Made by a program: the position numbers and the translations under genes
Shown: in pieces, positions 25,995-38,252 of the stretch
Layout of the letters: the number at the start of each line of letters is the position of its first letter
How positions within the stretch are numbered: the first letter of the stretch is position 1
The notes under the pieces: generated by a model
The model's database searches: none
Told to the model about the DNA's origin: nothing
Seen by the model: the letters and a program-made list of their open reading frames with translations, nothing else
DNA from: Chiloscyllium plagiosum
Taxonomy: Eukaryota
Assembly: GCF_004010195.1 (NCBI RefSeq)
Contig: NC_057719.1
Span: forward strand, 42,931,925-42,995,924
DNA length: 64,000 nt
Direction: 5' to 3'

Positions 25995-26535
25995 TAAGAT
26001 ACTTGGTGAATTCACAACTAAAGTATTGTGTGCAGTTCTGGTCAGCACATTACAGGGAGGACATAACTGGTCTGGAGAGAGTGCAGAGAAGATTTACTAG
26101 AATTTTGCCAGGGCTGAGAATTGCAGCTACAAGGAGTGATTGGAAAGGTTGGGATTGTTTCCCTTGGAACAGAGAAGGCTGAAGAGCAACATGATTGAGA
26201 TATACAAAATTTGTGAGGGCTAGAGATAGAGTAGACAGGAGGAACCTATTTCCTTTGGCAGAGAGTTCAAATTCCAGGGATTCAAGCTAAGTGGCAGAAA
26301 GATTAGAGTGGACATGATGAAAAACTTTTTTATGCAGAGTATAGTGAGTTTTTGGAATTCACTGCCTGAGTTGATGGTATAGGCAGAGACCTTAAATTCT
26401 TTTAAAAAGTAACAGGATCTGAACTTTAAGTGCGGGAAGATGGGATCGAAAGGGCATCTTAGTGTCTTTTAGTTGGTATGGACAAGATGAGCTGAACAGC
26501 CCCCTTTCTGTGCTGCATCACTTTGAAGGTTCTAT
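25995..26535 (+). mobile_element. CR1 LINE 3' fragment
   Basis: LKYCVQFWSAHYREDITGLERVQRRFTRILPGL in ORF 25895-26182, continuing to a CR1-like tail. Confidence 0.85.
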
Positions 26536-27883
26536 GGCATCTGCATATAAAGGTAGCATCAAAACAGTGATGCATATATCACACAGGGTGAGGACCCAAT
26601 ACTAAATGAAGTTCGAGATTGTTGCAAAGTTCCACTTAGTAACTTTGGTCTGTTAACCTTTAATGGCATTAAACCACAGTAGAAAAAGTTACAAAGTTGC
26701 TCCAATTAATATAATCAAATTCCATTTTAAAACATTTCTCATTTAAAGCATTAGAATAATAGCTGTCTTATATATAAGAATATTTTACCTGGTTCACATA
26801 TATGGTTAATAACATGGTTCACATATTAACGTGCTGATTGGTGGCGCATCCAGTAATGTATTTAGGGTATTTCTAACAGTGAAATGTCAAATATTTAGCT
26901 TTGAATGATTTCTTGAAAATTTATAGAAATGTGAGAAGCACTTATTCTTATTAAAGTGTTTTGTAGGACAAAATTAATTGTTCTGCTGTAAAAGCAATTG
27001 CTTTAACATTTTTGAGTTGGGAGTTTTCAAAAGCCAAGAGTTTCAAAGGACAAGCTGTGACATGAACATAGACAAAAGGCAAGCATATTGTTTTGGTATT
27101 ATTAACTGCAAACAGTGACAACCTTATTATATGGATGGAGTCGACATTTAGTTTTTTTAACCAGAATGTTTGAAAATGCTAAGGATCTTCTGAGATACGT
27201 GTACAAAAATTAAGTTGGGCTTTCTTGTAAGAGGATATCACTTTTTGATCATAGATTACTCATCATCTGCCCCTTAAATGGCTGTGAAATCTGGTATATA
27301 GCATCTGTTGTTTTCACTGATTTGGATGCCTTTTTGTGATGAAAATGATATCCGACTGCAGGGCCACATTTCTGGTGCGGGCTGTGCATTTTGACCTGCA
27401 CATTGCACCAGCAGAGTAGGGAGATTTTGACATCAGTCGGCCTGTTGCACTGATTTGCCTTTAGTTGTGCCAGTGGTTCCAGCAAACATCTTCTGTTAAC
27501 TTCAGACTGCTATAAGTATTTTCAGCAGTGGGGACTGCACATCATCAATGCTATTTAAAGGTCATCAACTACATTCAGATTAGTTGCTGATTGGTTTTCA
27601 CTAGGTGCAATTGAAGTTGCTCTAAAGGGAGTGCAGTGCAGCTGGGGTAGGTCTTGGTTCTGACTTCATCTTTGAGGAGAAAGTGAGGTCTGCAGATGCT
27701 GGAGATCAGAACTGACTTCAGACATTCTGCTCAGACCACTTGCTTCAACTTATGGTTGTTCTGGGTTTCATCCCCACTGGCCTGCAGCATGACAATGACA
27801 CGGAGAAAGCTATATCTATGAAGGACAACCTGCTTGAAGAGACAGGAGCTGGCAGAGATGAAAGGCTCTCAGAAGGAGACTAT

Positions 27884-28550
27884 ACCCTTAACAATTTTTA
27901 TACAGGTACCATAAAAAGCATTCTATCCAGATGCATTGAAAATTGGTATGGCAATTGCTCTGCCCAGGACTGTAACAATCTACAGACAGTTGTGAACACA
28001 GCCCAGACCATCATGCAAGCCAACCTTAAATCCAGTTATTCCATCTATACTTCTCCCTGCCTCTGGAAGGCAGCCAACATAATCAAAGACCAGCCCAGTT
28101 ATAATCTCTTTCTGGATTAGTGGTGCTGGAAGAGCACAGCAGTTCAGGCAGCATCAGTACTGCTCCTTGGATGCTGCCTGAACTGCTGTGCTCTTCCAGC
28201 ACCACTAATCCAGAATCTGGTTTCCAGCATCTGCAGTCATTGTTTTTACCCAGTTATAATCTCTTCCAACCTCTTCCATCAGGCAGAAGAAACAAAAGCT
28301 TATATGCATTGACCAACAGATTCGAGAACAGCTTCTTCCCATTGTTATTAGATTTACGAATGGACCTTGCAAATTTTAAATTTAATGTTGATCTCACTCT
28401 TTGTGCACCTTCTCTGTAGCCATAACATTGTATTTCTCACTCTGTTCAATTATCCTAATGTACTTTGTACAATATGATCTGCCTGTACTGTACGCAAAAC
28501 AGAACTTTTCACTGTATCTAGGTACATGTGACAATAATAAATCAAATTAA
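27884..28550 (+). mobile_element. Rex1/Babar-like non-LTR retrotransposon 3' fragment
   Basis: NFYTGTIKSILSRCIENWYGNCSAQDCNNLQTVVNTAQTI...KAANIIKD...LFQPLPSGRR...TNRFENSFFP; ends aataataaatcaaattaaat. Confidence 0.8.
28111..28248. mobile_element. Palindromic PLE family B mini-element with 17-bp duplication
   Basis: cccagttataatctctt at 28094-28110 and 28249-28265; arms ctggattagtggtgctggaagagcacagcagttcaggcagcatc and its reverse complement. Confidence 0.85.
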
Positions 28551-31459
28551 ATATCCACCCAGGATGTTCAGGGAGGAACAATCCACTCTCAAACTCAACA
28601 AAGAAAGGCATGAGTAATGTCCCCACTTCAAAGGGAGTACTAACTGGAATCTGTCTCCTATTGCTGACCTGTAGCCTCAGAGAAGGGCAAGGATAGCATT
28701 GCATATCAGTGACTATGGACTCAAGCTCCTTTGCTGTTGGCTTCTTCCATGCTGGAGAAGGCAACATCTCTGAAATCTCATAGTTCACCATGCGGTTCGG
28801 TACAGCGGAGACGAGGGATTTACTTGGCTCTCTACAGTAAAGAGAGGGGATTATAGTGCATTGTAGATTGTAGATAGAAACAGGCAAATAATCATTTGCT
28901 TTGCAGGATTGTACTTAAGTCCTTCAGTTGTCTTCTTGCCGTAGTTCCAGGATTTTTCAACATACAGATATAAGGAAATCTGACTCCTGTTTATCCTGGC
29001 ACCACAGGAATAACAGATTTAAAAAACAATTTTGACCATTTTCTAAATGACTTTCTGTGATTCTAATAAAGCTGCTGGTTAGGCAGTTCAACACTTGAAA
29101 CAAATCACCAGAGAACACACATTCTACCCTAAGTATCTTAAAATTGCACCCAAGGTCTGATGTACATCACAGAACCTCCATTTGCATTTTCTTAATGGGC
29201 TTTTGCCTGAAGTACGGTTGAAGTCCCAACTGTCTATCGGAAGAAAGAAGTGACTAAGTGCTAATGTAATGGAGCAGGAAATGACCTGACATCCTGTCCC
29301 ATTGGAATGACATTATTCACATCAGGTTGAACTTACATCTGTCCCTTTGTTCGCGTCCAACAACCAAAGCAACTGATTCATTTCTGACAACAATCCAGAA
29401 AAAAAATCTAAGATGCATGTAACAAAATCTGACCTTTTCTTGACAAACAGAGCACTATTGCCTCTAGTTTGCCACATAAAATAATCAGCTCTAATAAATT
29501 AGTTATCTAGTTATTTGCACAGAATGAGATTTTAGGCTCTGAGCCATTAATCATTCCTTACATTTAAAAGAAAAGAATAAATAAATGCATACTGTATGTA
29601 GATAAATGCACAGAAACTAAAAATGCAAATTCAGGATACAGTGACTTTCCATTTGAATATAAGCTCTGACCTGCAAAACACTAGGATCATTATACAATGA
29701 ACAATTGTTCAATAATCTTGATTTACTTAGTTTAGTGTGGTAACACAGGCGACATTTATTAAATATGAGACCAGATGCTAACCAGCTATAACATTTCCAG
29801 CGTAAGTGTGTAGGCAGAATCCGTACCTGTAGCCCAAGACCCTGGCACTGAGCTCAATGTCACATAAAGGGACCCAGGTAGAAGAAGTCAATTCATCAGA
29901 GGTTTAAAATTGCTGGGAAATTTTAGTACATGTGTGTGTCAGCAATTCTGCAGAGTCCTGATGCATATCTTCAGTGAACTGGAATTTGGGAGATTTGGGC
30001 CAACTTGTTCATTACCAGTGGAATTGGACACACATGTAGCATATAAAATCATATCTTCAAATTTAATGCCAAGAACTGGCTCACAAATATTACCCAAATT
30101 GTTGTACTACTAATTGCAAAGCAAAATTAACCAGATTGCCTATATGATTAGTGTACTTTCTGCTAAGTTAAAAATGCCAGCAAAATCTACATTTATTATC
30201 TTTTTTTGAATTGCGGCATTCTTCTTTATTTATTTAAAGGCAACATGAAGTACCATTTTACACTGTTATTGTCTGTCTTTATTTTACACCACATCTCAGG
30301 CTGTAAGATTATTGCCTCTAGTTTTCTATCACTGCAGTTCTGCAAGAATACTGTAAAAAGGTATAGGCACTGCCAGCTGATTTTCCCCAGCTCTAATCGT
30401 GTTAGTTATTTTCACTTGCTCTGAACAGCTTCTGGAGATAGCACAACAATAAACTTGGGCTCTCACCACATGGAGAATTAGTTATAGCCTGTGTACTATC
30501 GTGTTAGGTGCAAAGTGTGGGCAACACTGTATCATCAAAGACTCCACAGTTATTTTAAAATCCAACAATGCAGGTAGGAAGACTCATTTTAAAAAAAATA
30601 CTGTGTTTGAATATAATATGTTTGATATCTTGGACTGAATCAGAAGCAATGTTTCACATTACATTGTTGATTGCATTATTGTGGAAAGATATACAATGAA
30701 ACAAAAAGCTGTTTATCACTAATTGACAAATATTTTATGTAGAATTCAAGTATTTTTCTGCTGGAATTGTGTTTTCACTAATTAGAGTTGGATTAGGTTT
30801 TCAAAAAAGGAAGCACCAGAAAGTAATGTTCATTGGAAGGTTAGTAGTAACAATGAAGAAAGACTACTGAAAAAAAACATGCTGGAGTTATTGTGAACTG
30901 TTTGTGAGTTCCACTTACGAATACATAATTAGGAGAATTCAGTCAATTACTAGTACCATCAAAAAATTTTAATATTCACTTAATGTAAGTCACATGCCTT
31001 ACACACCATAGACAGTATCAGATTATTCCAATGTAATGTAATTTAGAAGTTCATTTTCTTATTATAAATTGTCATAGAGTTTCACAACACTCTGTGACAC
31101 CTTTCTGTAGTCAGTGTTAATACTGGCTCTAACATAGTGGAATTTCTGTGATGTATGTAAACACGTTTAACTTGGGAGGTTTTCCAAGAACAATTCTGTG
31201 TCTTACGATCTTATTCTCCACAACCATTTAAGGAACAGTGCTCCAAAAGCTAGTGCTTCCAAATAAACCTGTTGGACTATAACTGGAGTTCTGTGATTCT
31301 TAACTTAATTCACTTGCAGTATATCCACAGAATACATCACAACGAGTACTGTTTTATGCAGAATTTGCTAGCGCACATACCTAAAACAAAAATTATGCTT
31401 TCTCTCAAGATTGTTCATGAAATCATTGCTCAGAACACCGGTCAGCAAAGTGATTATAG

Positions 31460-31716
31460 GTTAGATTAGATTGGATTCCCTACAGTGTGGAAACAGGCCC
31501 TTTCGGCCCAACAAGTCCACACCAACCCTCCGAAGAGTAACCCACCCAGATCCATTTCCCTCTGACTAATGCACCTGACCTATGGGCAATTTAGCATGAC
31601 CAATTCACCTGACCCGCACATCTTTGGACTGTGGGAGGAAACCGGAGCACCCGGAGGAAACCCGCGCAAACACGGGGAGAATGTGAAAACTCCACACAGA
31701 CAGTCGCCTGAGGCTG
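31460..31716 (-). mobile_element. HE1-like V-SINE, 5'-truncated
   Basis: (ttaga)n tail followed by the reverse complement of the HE1-like body. Confidence 0.85.
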
Positions 31717-33579
31717 AAGTGGCAAAGTGGTCTAGTCCTTAAATTGAAGAGATATTAACCAGCCAAGCAGGCAGTTAAAATGTCTCAAATCTATCCTTCA
31801 GTTCAAGTTAACCAAATATTAATAAGTTATCTAAACCTATTACTAATTCATCATGTCCTCAGTCATTTCAGTTCACCCTCCTGAACAGTTGGAGCTTCAA
31901 GCCAGTTCTTCCTGCTCTTTGACATTCTTTGTCTAATAAGACCTTGAACCATTTTTTTTTCCATTCTTTAGCTGGGAACTCATGAAAACTAGTATAAATT
32001 GACAATAACAAGATTTGGAAAGCTGCAGACAATTTTTAACACTGCTGGAGGCCATGAGAATCCTCTGCAGTCAGTTCAATAATTGGAAGGGATTGAATCT
32101 CACCACTGTGCTTAAGTGTCTCAAAAGCCTGATAGTTAGTGCACTCATTCTCCATGTAAACATATAGCCATCAACATCTTCACAAAACATAGGGATTTAT
32201 TGGCAAGGATCAAGACTCACTGGGAAAGTGTCAAATCTTGACTAGTTAAAACTAGCTGTAACAAAAACCGAAAAATAACTCAGCAGATCTGGCAGGATCT
32301 GTGAAGAGAAACACAGAGTTAATGTTTCAGATTCAATGACCCCTGTTGGATTTTTAAAACTTGCTGGAGCTCACTAATACTGACCAACACTGTTCCAGAA
32401 GTAATAAACAAGAATAAAGTTTTAAACTAATATTGTTTGAAGAATAGAACAGATTGATCAACCCATCTTATGCAACTGTGTTTACTAAAGTTTGCTAATG
32501 AGCACATTTTGCAGAGAAAAAGGCATAGAACTAAAGAAACATTATACACAAAGGGAAAAGGACCAGACAATATGAGGTAAAATTTGTTAGAAATTTTAAT
32601 TGGAATTTATGTCTGGCTATCATGAAATTGATAAAAACAAAAGCAATATTTTTGTTTAATCAAGGTTCTATTATTTTTGTTATCAATTCCAAACAATTTA
32701 AGGAAAATAATTGAAGTTGTTCTCCAGTTTTGATTCAGTCAAGATAGAAGATCAAATATATTCTGAATCATTGCCTTCAGTTCTGATACATTACTAAGAT
32801 TTACTATATAAATGCAGTATTTGGATTTCTGCCCAGAACAAAATGTCACTACATCCTTTTACAATGGTTCATCATTATTTTGCATGAGACTGGCTCTTGT
32901 TTTTGGCCTGTGAGGCATTTGGGTTTGTGTCAGAAACAATGTTAATTTATTGTCAAATTACAAAGACACAATTTTCAAATAGGGTACGCTGAGAGAAATA
33001 TTGATTTTAGGCAAAAATATAAAGTGGATGACACAGTTTCAATGAAATACAAAATGCACATCAGCAAATATATAGAACAAGCAATTGATGAAATATCATT
33101 CATTTTATGCCATTGTCCAAAGTCACAATTACAGCCAATGAGTGGTAGTAAATTCACTGGCATGATTTAAAATTTTCCCTTTGACAAACGGAAGCAACAT
33201 TATTGTCCTAAGACATTCACCATGATTCCTTATATTAGAAGTAGCAAAGGACAAGAAATAGTAGCCAAATAGACAACATAGAATTGGGATTAGATCTTTG
33301 AATAACAGTATAAAAATAATCAATCTATTTATTTGATCTTCTTTATATATTAATATTTTAAACAAGTTAGCCCTTTCATCACAACAATAAATGAAGGAAT
33401 TCATTGGAATGCATCAGGAATTTGTACAACATATTTGAATAACTTGATCTTAAGGCACATATTTCTCGGATACGGCATTATTTAGCTAAGTCAATCAGTA
33501 AAATAAATTGAAAAAAGCTATCCATGGAAGCAATTTTACTTTGTCATTTTACTATGTCATTTTGTCACTTTAGTGGTAA

Positions 33580-34630
33580 ATTAGAGGACTGGGATAATTT
33601 TAAAAGCTGACAAAATATCGCCAAAATAATAGAAAGAGGGAGCAAATAAACTATGAATGCAAATTAGCAAATAACACAGAAACAAATAGTAAGGGTCTTT
33701 TAAGTATAGAAAGGAAAAGAGAGGTAACAGTGAACTTAGGCACCTTAGAGAATTAAGCTTGGCAAATAATAACGGGGAAACCTGGAATTGGCAGAGGAGT
33801 TGAAAAAATATTTTGCGCCAGTCTTTGCAGTAGCCAATATAAATAGCATCATAAGACTACTAAATAATCAAGGGCTTAAAAGGGGAGGAAGTAAACACAA
33901 TAATTATCACGAGAGAAAAAAGTACTAAGGAAACTAATGGGGCTAGGATTTTAAAGGAAGCAATTACAGACATAGTGGATGTACTGACAGTAGTCTTCCA
34001 AGAATCCTCTGATTTTGAAAAGGTCCCAGAGGATTGCAAAACTGTCAATATAATACCCTCATTCAAAAAGCAAAGGAGACCAAGCAAATATAGGCCAGTT
34101 AACTTAACATCTGTCATTAGGAAAATGTCAGTGTATATTATAAACGATGCAATATGGAACATTTAGAAATACATAATATAACCAGGCAGGGTCAGCGTGG
34201 CTTTAAGAAGGGGAAATAATACCTGACATTTATTATAGATTTGGAGGAGGTAAGAAGCATGATAGAAAAACAGGAACCAGTGACTGTAATGTATTTGGAT
34301 TTCCAAAAGGCATTTGATAAAGTACAGCACTGAAGGCTACTTTATCAACTAAGAGCCCATGGTGTTGGAAGTAGTATATTAGAATGGAAAGAGGATTGGT
34401 CAACTAATAGAAGACAGAATTGGAATAAAGATTGCAATTTCAGATGACAGCCTGCAACAAATGGAGTGCCACACTGCTCAGTGCTGGGCTTCAATTACTT
34501 ACAATATATATTAATGATTTGGATGAATATTATCACTAAGTTTGTGGATGACACAAAAACAAGTGGAAGGCAAGTAATGAGGACGAATATACGGATAGAT
34601 ACAATCGCATTAGGTGTGTGGGCAAAACTT
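33580..34630 (+). mobile_element. Old CR1 ORF2 fragment
   Basis: FQESSDFEKVPEDCKTVNIIPSFKK...YRPVNLTSV; YLDFQKAFDKV; KFVDDTK. Confidence 0.8.
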
Positions 34631-35377
34631 GCCAAATGGAATATCATGTGACTATTTCACATTAATTTTTACAGTGGAAAAAGAAATGATGGCTACAAAA
34701 ATCAGGAATATAAGTACTGAGGTTTTGAAAACAGTTCACATTACAAAAGAGAAAGTGCTGCAGGTCTTAGAAGACATAAAGGTACATAAATCTCCAAAAG
34801 CTGATCAAGTGTATCCCAGGATGTTGCAGGAAGTTGGGGAAGAAATTGTGAGGTACCTAGCAGAAATATTTGTATCACAGGTGAAGTACTGGAGGACTGG
34901 AGGGTGGCTGATGTATTGCTTTTATTTAAAAAAGGCCCTAGGGAGAAGCCGGGGAATTATCGACCTGTCAGCTGAATATTGATGGTGGGTCGGTTGTTGG
35001 AGGTGATCTGAGAGATAGGATTTACATACATTTGGAGAGGCAAGGAATGGTTTGGGATAGACAGCATCGTTTTGTGCAAGGGAAATCCTGTCTGACAAAT
35101 TTGACTCAGTTTTTTTGAGGAACGTAACCAAAAAGACTGATGAGGGCAGAACAGTAGATGCTGTTTAGTTGGACATTAGTAAAGCCTTTGATAAGGTTCC
35201 TCATGGTAGACTAATTAGTAAAGTTAAATCATATGGAATTCAGGGTGAGCTTGCCAATTGGATACAAAATTGGCTTGATGATAGGAGACAGAGAGTGGTG
35301 CTGGCAAGTTGTTTTTTGAACTTGGAGGCCTGTGACTAGCAGTGTTCCACAGTGATCGGTACTGTCATTTATACTGT

Positions 35378-36115
35378 CATAGAGTCATAGAGCCATAGAG
35401 ATGTACAGCATGGAAACAGACCCTTTGGTCCAACCCATCCATGCCGACCTTATCCCAATCCAATCTAGTCCCACCTGCCAGCACCTGTCCCATATCCTTC
35501 CAAACCCTTCTATTCATATACTCATCCAAATGCCTCTTAAATGTTGCAATTGTACAGCCTCCACCCCTTCCTCTGGCAGCTCATTCTATAAGGTCACCCC
35601 TTAGCCTCCGACGCTCCAGGGAAAACAGCCCCAGCCTGTTCAGCCTCTCCCTATAGCTCAAATCCTCTAACCCTGGCAACATCCTTGGAAATCTTTTCTA
35701 AACTCTTTCAAGTTTCACAACATCTTTCCAATAGGAGACCAGAATTGCATGCAATATTTCAACAGTGGCCTAACCAATGTCCTGTACAGCTGCAACATGA
35801 CTTCCCAACTCCTGTACTCAATACTCTGACCAATAAAAGAAAGCATACCAAATGCCTTCTTCATTATCCTATCTACCTGTGACTCCACTTTCAAACAGCT
35901 ATGAACCTGCACTCCAAGGTCTCTTTGATCAGCAACACTCCCTAGGACCTTACCATTAAGTGTATAAGTTCTGCTAAGATTTGTTTTCCCAAAATGCAAC
36001 ACCTCGCATTTATCTCAATTAAATTCCATCTGCCACTTCTCTGCCCATTGGCCCATCTAGTCAAGATCCTGTTGTAATCTGAGATAACCCTCTTTGCTGT
36101 CCACTACACCTCCAT
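35378..36115 (-). mobile_element. Younger CR1 3' fragment nested antisense in a CR1
   Basis: catagagtcatagag tail; ORF 35715-36002 is very similar to the 19.2-21.5 kb copy. Confidence 0.9.
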
Positions 36116-36246
36116 ATGAGAATATAGGATGCATGGTTAGTAAATTTGTGGATGAACCAAAGTTGATGGTATAGTTGTCAGTGAAGAATGTTATCTAAGA
36201 TTACCAAGAGATTTGATCAATTGGATCAATGGACTGTGAAGTGGCA

Positions 36247-36669
36247 AGTCTGGAGTAGAGTGGTGATGGAAAAGCACAGCAGGTCAGGCAGCATCCAAGG
36301 AGCAGGAAAATCGACATTTCGGGCAAAAGCCCTTCATCTTGAATAGAGCAGGGAGCCTGCAGGGTGGAGAGATAAATGAGAGGGGGGTGGGGGTGGGGAG
36401 AAAGTAGCATGGAGTACAATAGGTGAATGGGGGTGGAGATGGAGGATGATAGGTCAGAACGGAGGGTGGGAGAAGGTAGCAAAGAGTACAATGGGTGAAT
36501 GGGGGTGAGGATGAAGGTGATAGGTCAGACAGGAGGGTGGAGTGGATAGGTGGAAAGGAAGATAGGCAGATTTTCCTGCTCCTTGGATACTGCCTGATCT
36601 GCTGTGCTTTTCCACCACCACTCTAATCCAGACTCGGGTTTCCAGCATCTGCAGTCCTCGTTTTTACCC
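36247..36669. mobile_element. PLE family B terminal insertion with inverted arms
   Basis: Near-TSD tgtgaagtggca (36235) / tgagaagtggca (36670); internal G-rich tandem units. Confidence 0.8.
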
Positions 36670-38252
36670 TGAGAAGTGGCAGATAGAGTTTAGTTTGAAT
36701 AAATGCGATGTATTGCATTTTGGGTAAAACAAACAAGGGCAGGACTAATATAACTAATGGTAGGGCCACGGGTAGTGTTGTAGAGCAGAGAGACCTAGGG
36801 GTTCCAGTACATAATTATTTGACATGTAGACACATTGCTTGCCCTCGTTGCTCAGACCTTTGTGTATAGTAGTTGGGAAGTCACGTTGAGGTTGTAAAAC
36901 ACATTGGCGGGGTCTCTTCTGGAGTTCTGTGTGCAGTTCTGGTCACTCTTTCATAGGAAGAATATTATTAAACTGGAGAGGATTCAGAAAGGATTTACCA
37001 GAACATTGTCAGGAAATGAGGGTTTGAGTTATATAAATAGACTGGATAGGCTGAGACTTTTTTCACTGGAGCTTAGGAGGTTGAGGGGCGAATTTATAGA
37101 AGTTTATAAAATCATGAAGGGCATAGATAAAGTGAATAGCAAAGATTTTTCCCCTATGGTGCGGGAGTTTGAAAACTAGTGAGCATATTTTTAAGTTGAG
37201 ACATAAAAGATCTAAAAAGGACATGAGGGACAATTTTTTTTACAGAGGAGATGGTTTGTGTGTGAAAAGAATTCCCAGAGGAAGTGATGGATGCAGGTAT
37301 AATCTCATTGAAAGGCAGAGATTGATGCTTCTACATCTTACGGTCTTATCCACAGAGCAATCAAAAAGTCTGATTTAACATCATCAACAATGTTCAGAAT
37401 AATGCAGGGGACTGCGTAAACAGGTCCAATAATTTGATATATGTGGTATGATTCTTAAGTGACTAGAGTAAGAAATGCTCCACAGGAGATAAAAAAGATG
37501 CAGGACAGCAAAGAAAATCAATATATCATTTTTTCAATAAAAAAAGAGTTTGCTGATGAATTAGATTTATATATGTATGTATTAATTTACTCATAAACAT
37601 GTTATTGCAATGTTCTTTTGTATTATGTTTCTGATTAAGCCTTACCAATAGTTTAATATAAATCCCTGAGATTGAAGTGCATAAAAAAATTATTGTCTGT
37701 CTTCTCAGCCTGTCAAACTGAAAACATAGCCACATGCTGTCCAAAATCTAATTACGAAACTGTTATTTAATTTATCCACAAATGGCACTTGCAGATTCAG
37801 ATTGTGAGTTGCACAAAAACCAAAACAGCATGGGTATGGTGAACTTAATTGGCCAACTGGCAAACGGTCCAAAACTCAAAGTCATAGCTATGTTGGTGAG
37901 CAGTAGGCATACGTCACAGCTCTATATGATTTTCCACATGGTCATCTCTGGACACAAGCTGTTGATCTTCCAAAAAGACACAGGGAAAATAACAGCTGGT
38001 AACCTTTGCCACCTCTTTACGCATCTAGAATGCACAGTGGGGTGGCTTTCTCTGCCCATCAGACCATTCAAAATGTCTATGACACTGTGAAATTTGTTAA
38101 TATCTACTGACAGGACAAAATTAGAAAACACCATGGATCTTGGCTGGAAAGAAAGTGACAGAACAGATTGGCTCTGTAGTTAATCTGTTTATCACAATAT
38201 GCACTGCAGTTTCCTTTTACTTTCACCAAAGATTCTTTGAGGTGTCTGAAGA

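Larger units (their letters stand above)
27740..28870 (+). mobile_element. Harbinger transposase relic split by a nested LINE
   Basis: The N-terminal part ends ...KALRRRL at ~27880 and resumes YPPRMFREEQSTLKL at ~28552, then SSFAVGFFHAGEGNISEIS* (cf. 'FFA.GSFQ...GD...ISQ'). Confidence 0.6.
34650..37300 (+). mobile_element. CR1 ORF2 copy interrupted by an antisense CR1 and a PLE insertion
   Basis: RT-like sequence at 34650-35370 resumes at 36116 (SKFVD) and again at 36670-37300 (EFCVQFWS...LERIQK...). Confidence 0.8.

Noticed and set aside
29337..29383. 47-nt minus-strand exon-like segment with a gtaagt donor (MNQLLWLLDANKGTD)
   Set aside because: Too short, no partner exons, peptide not recognised.
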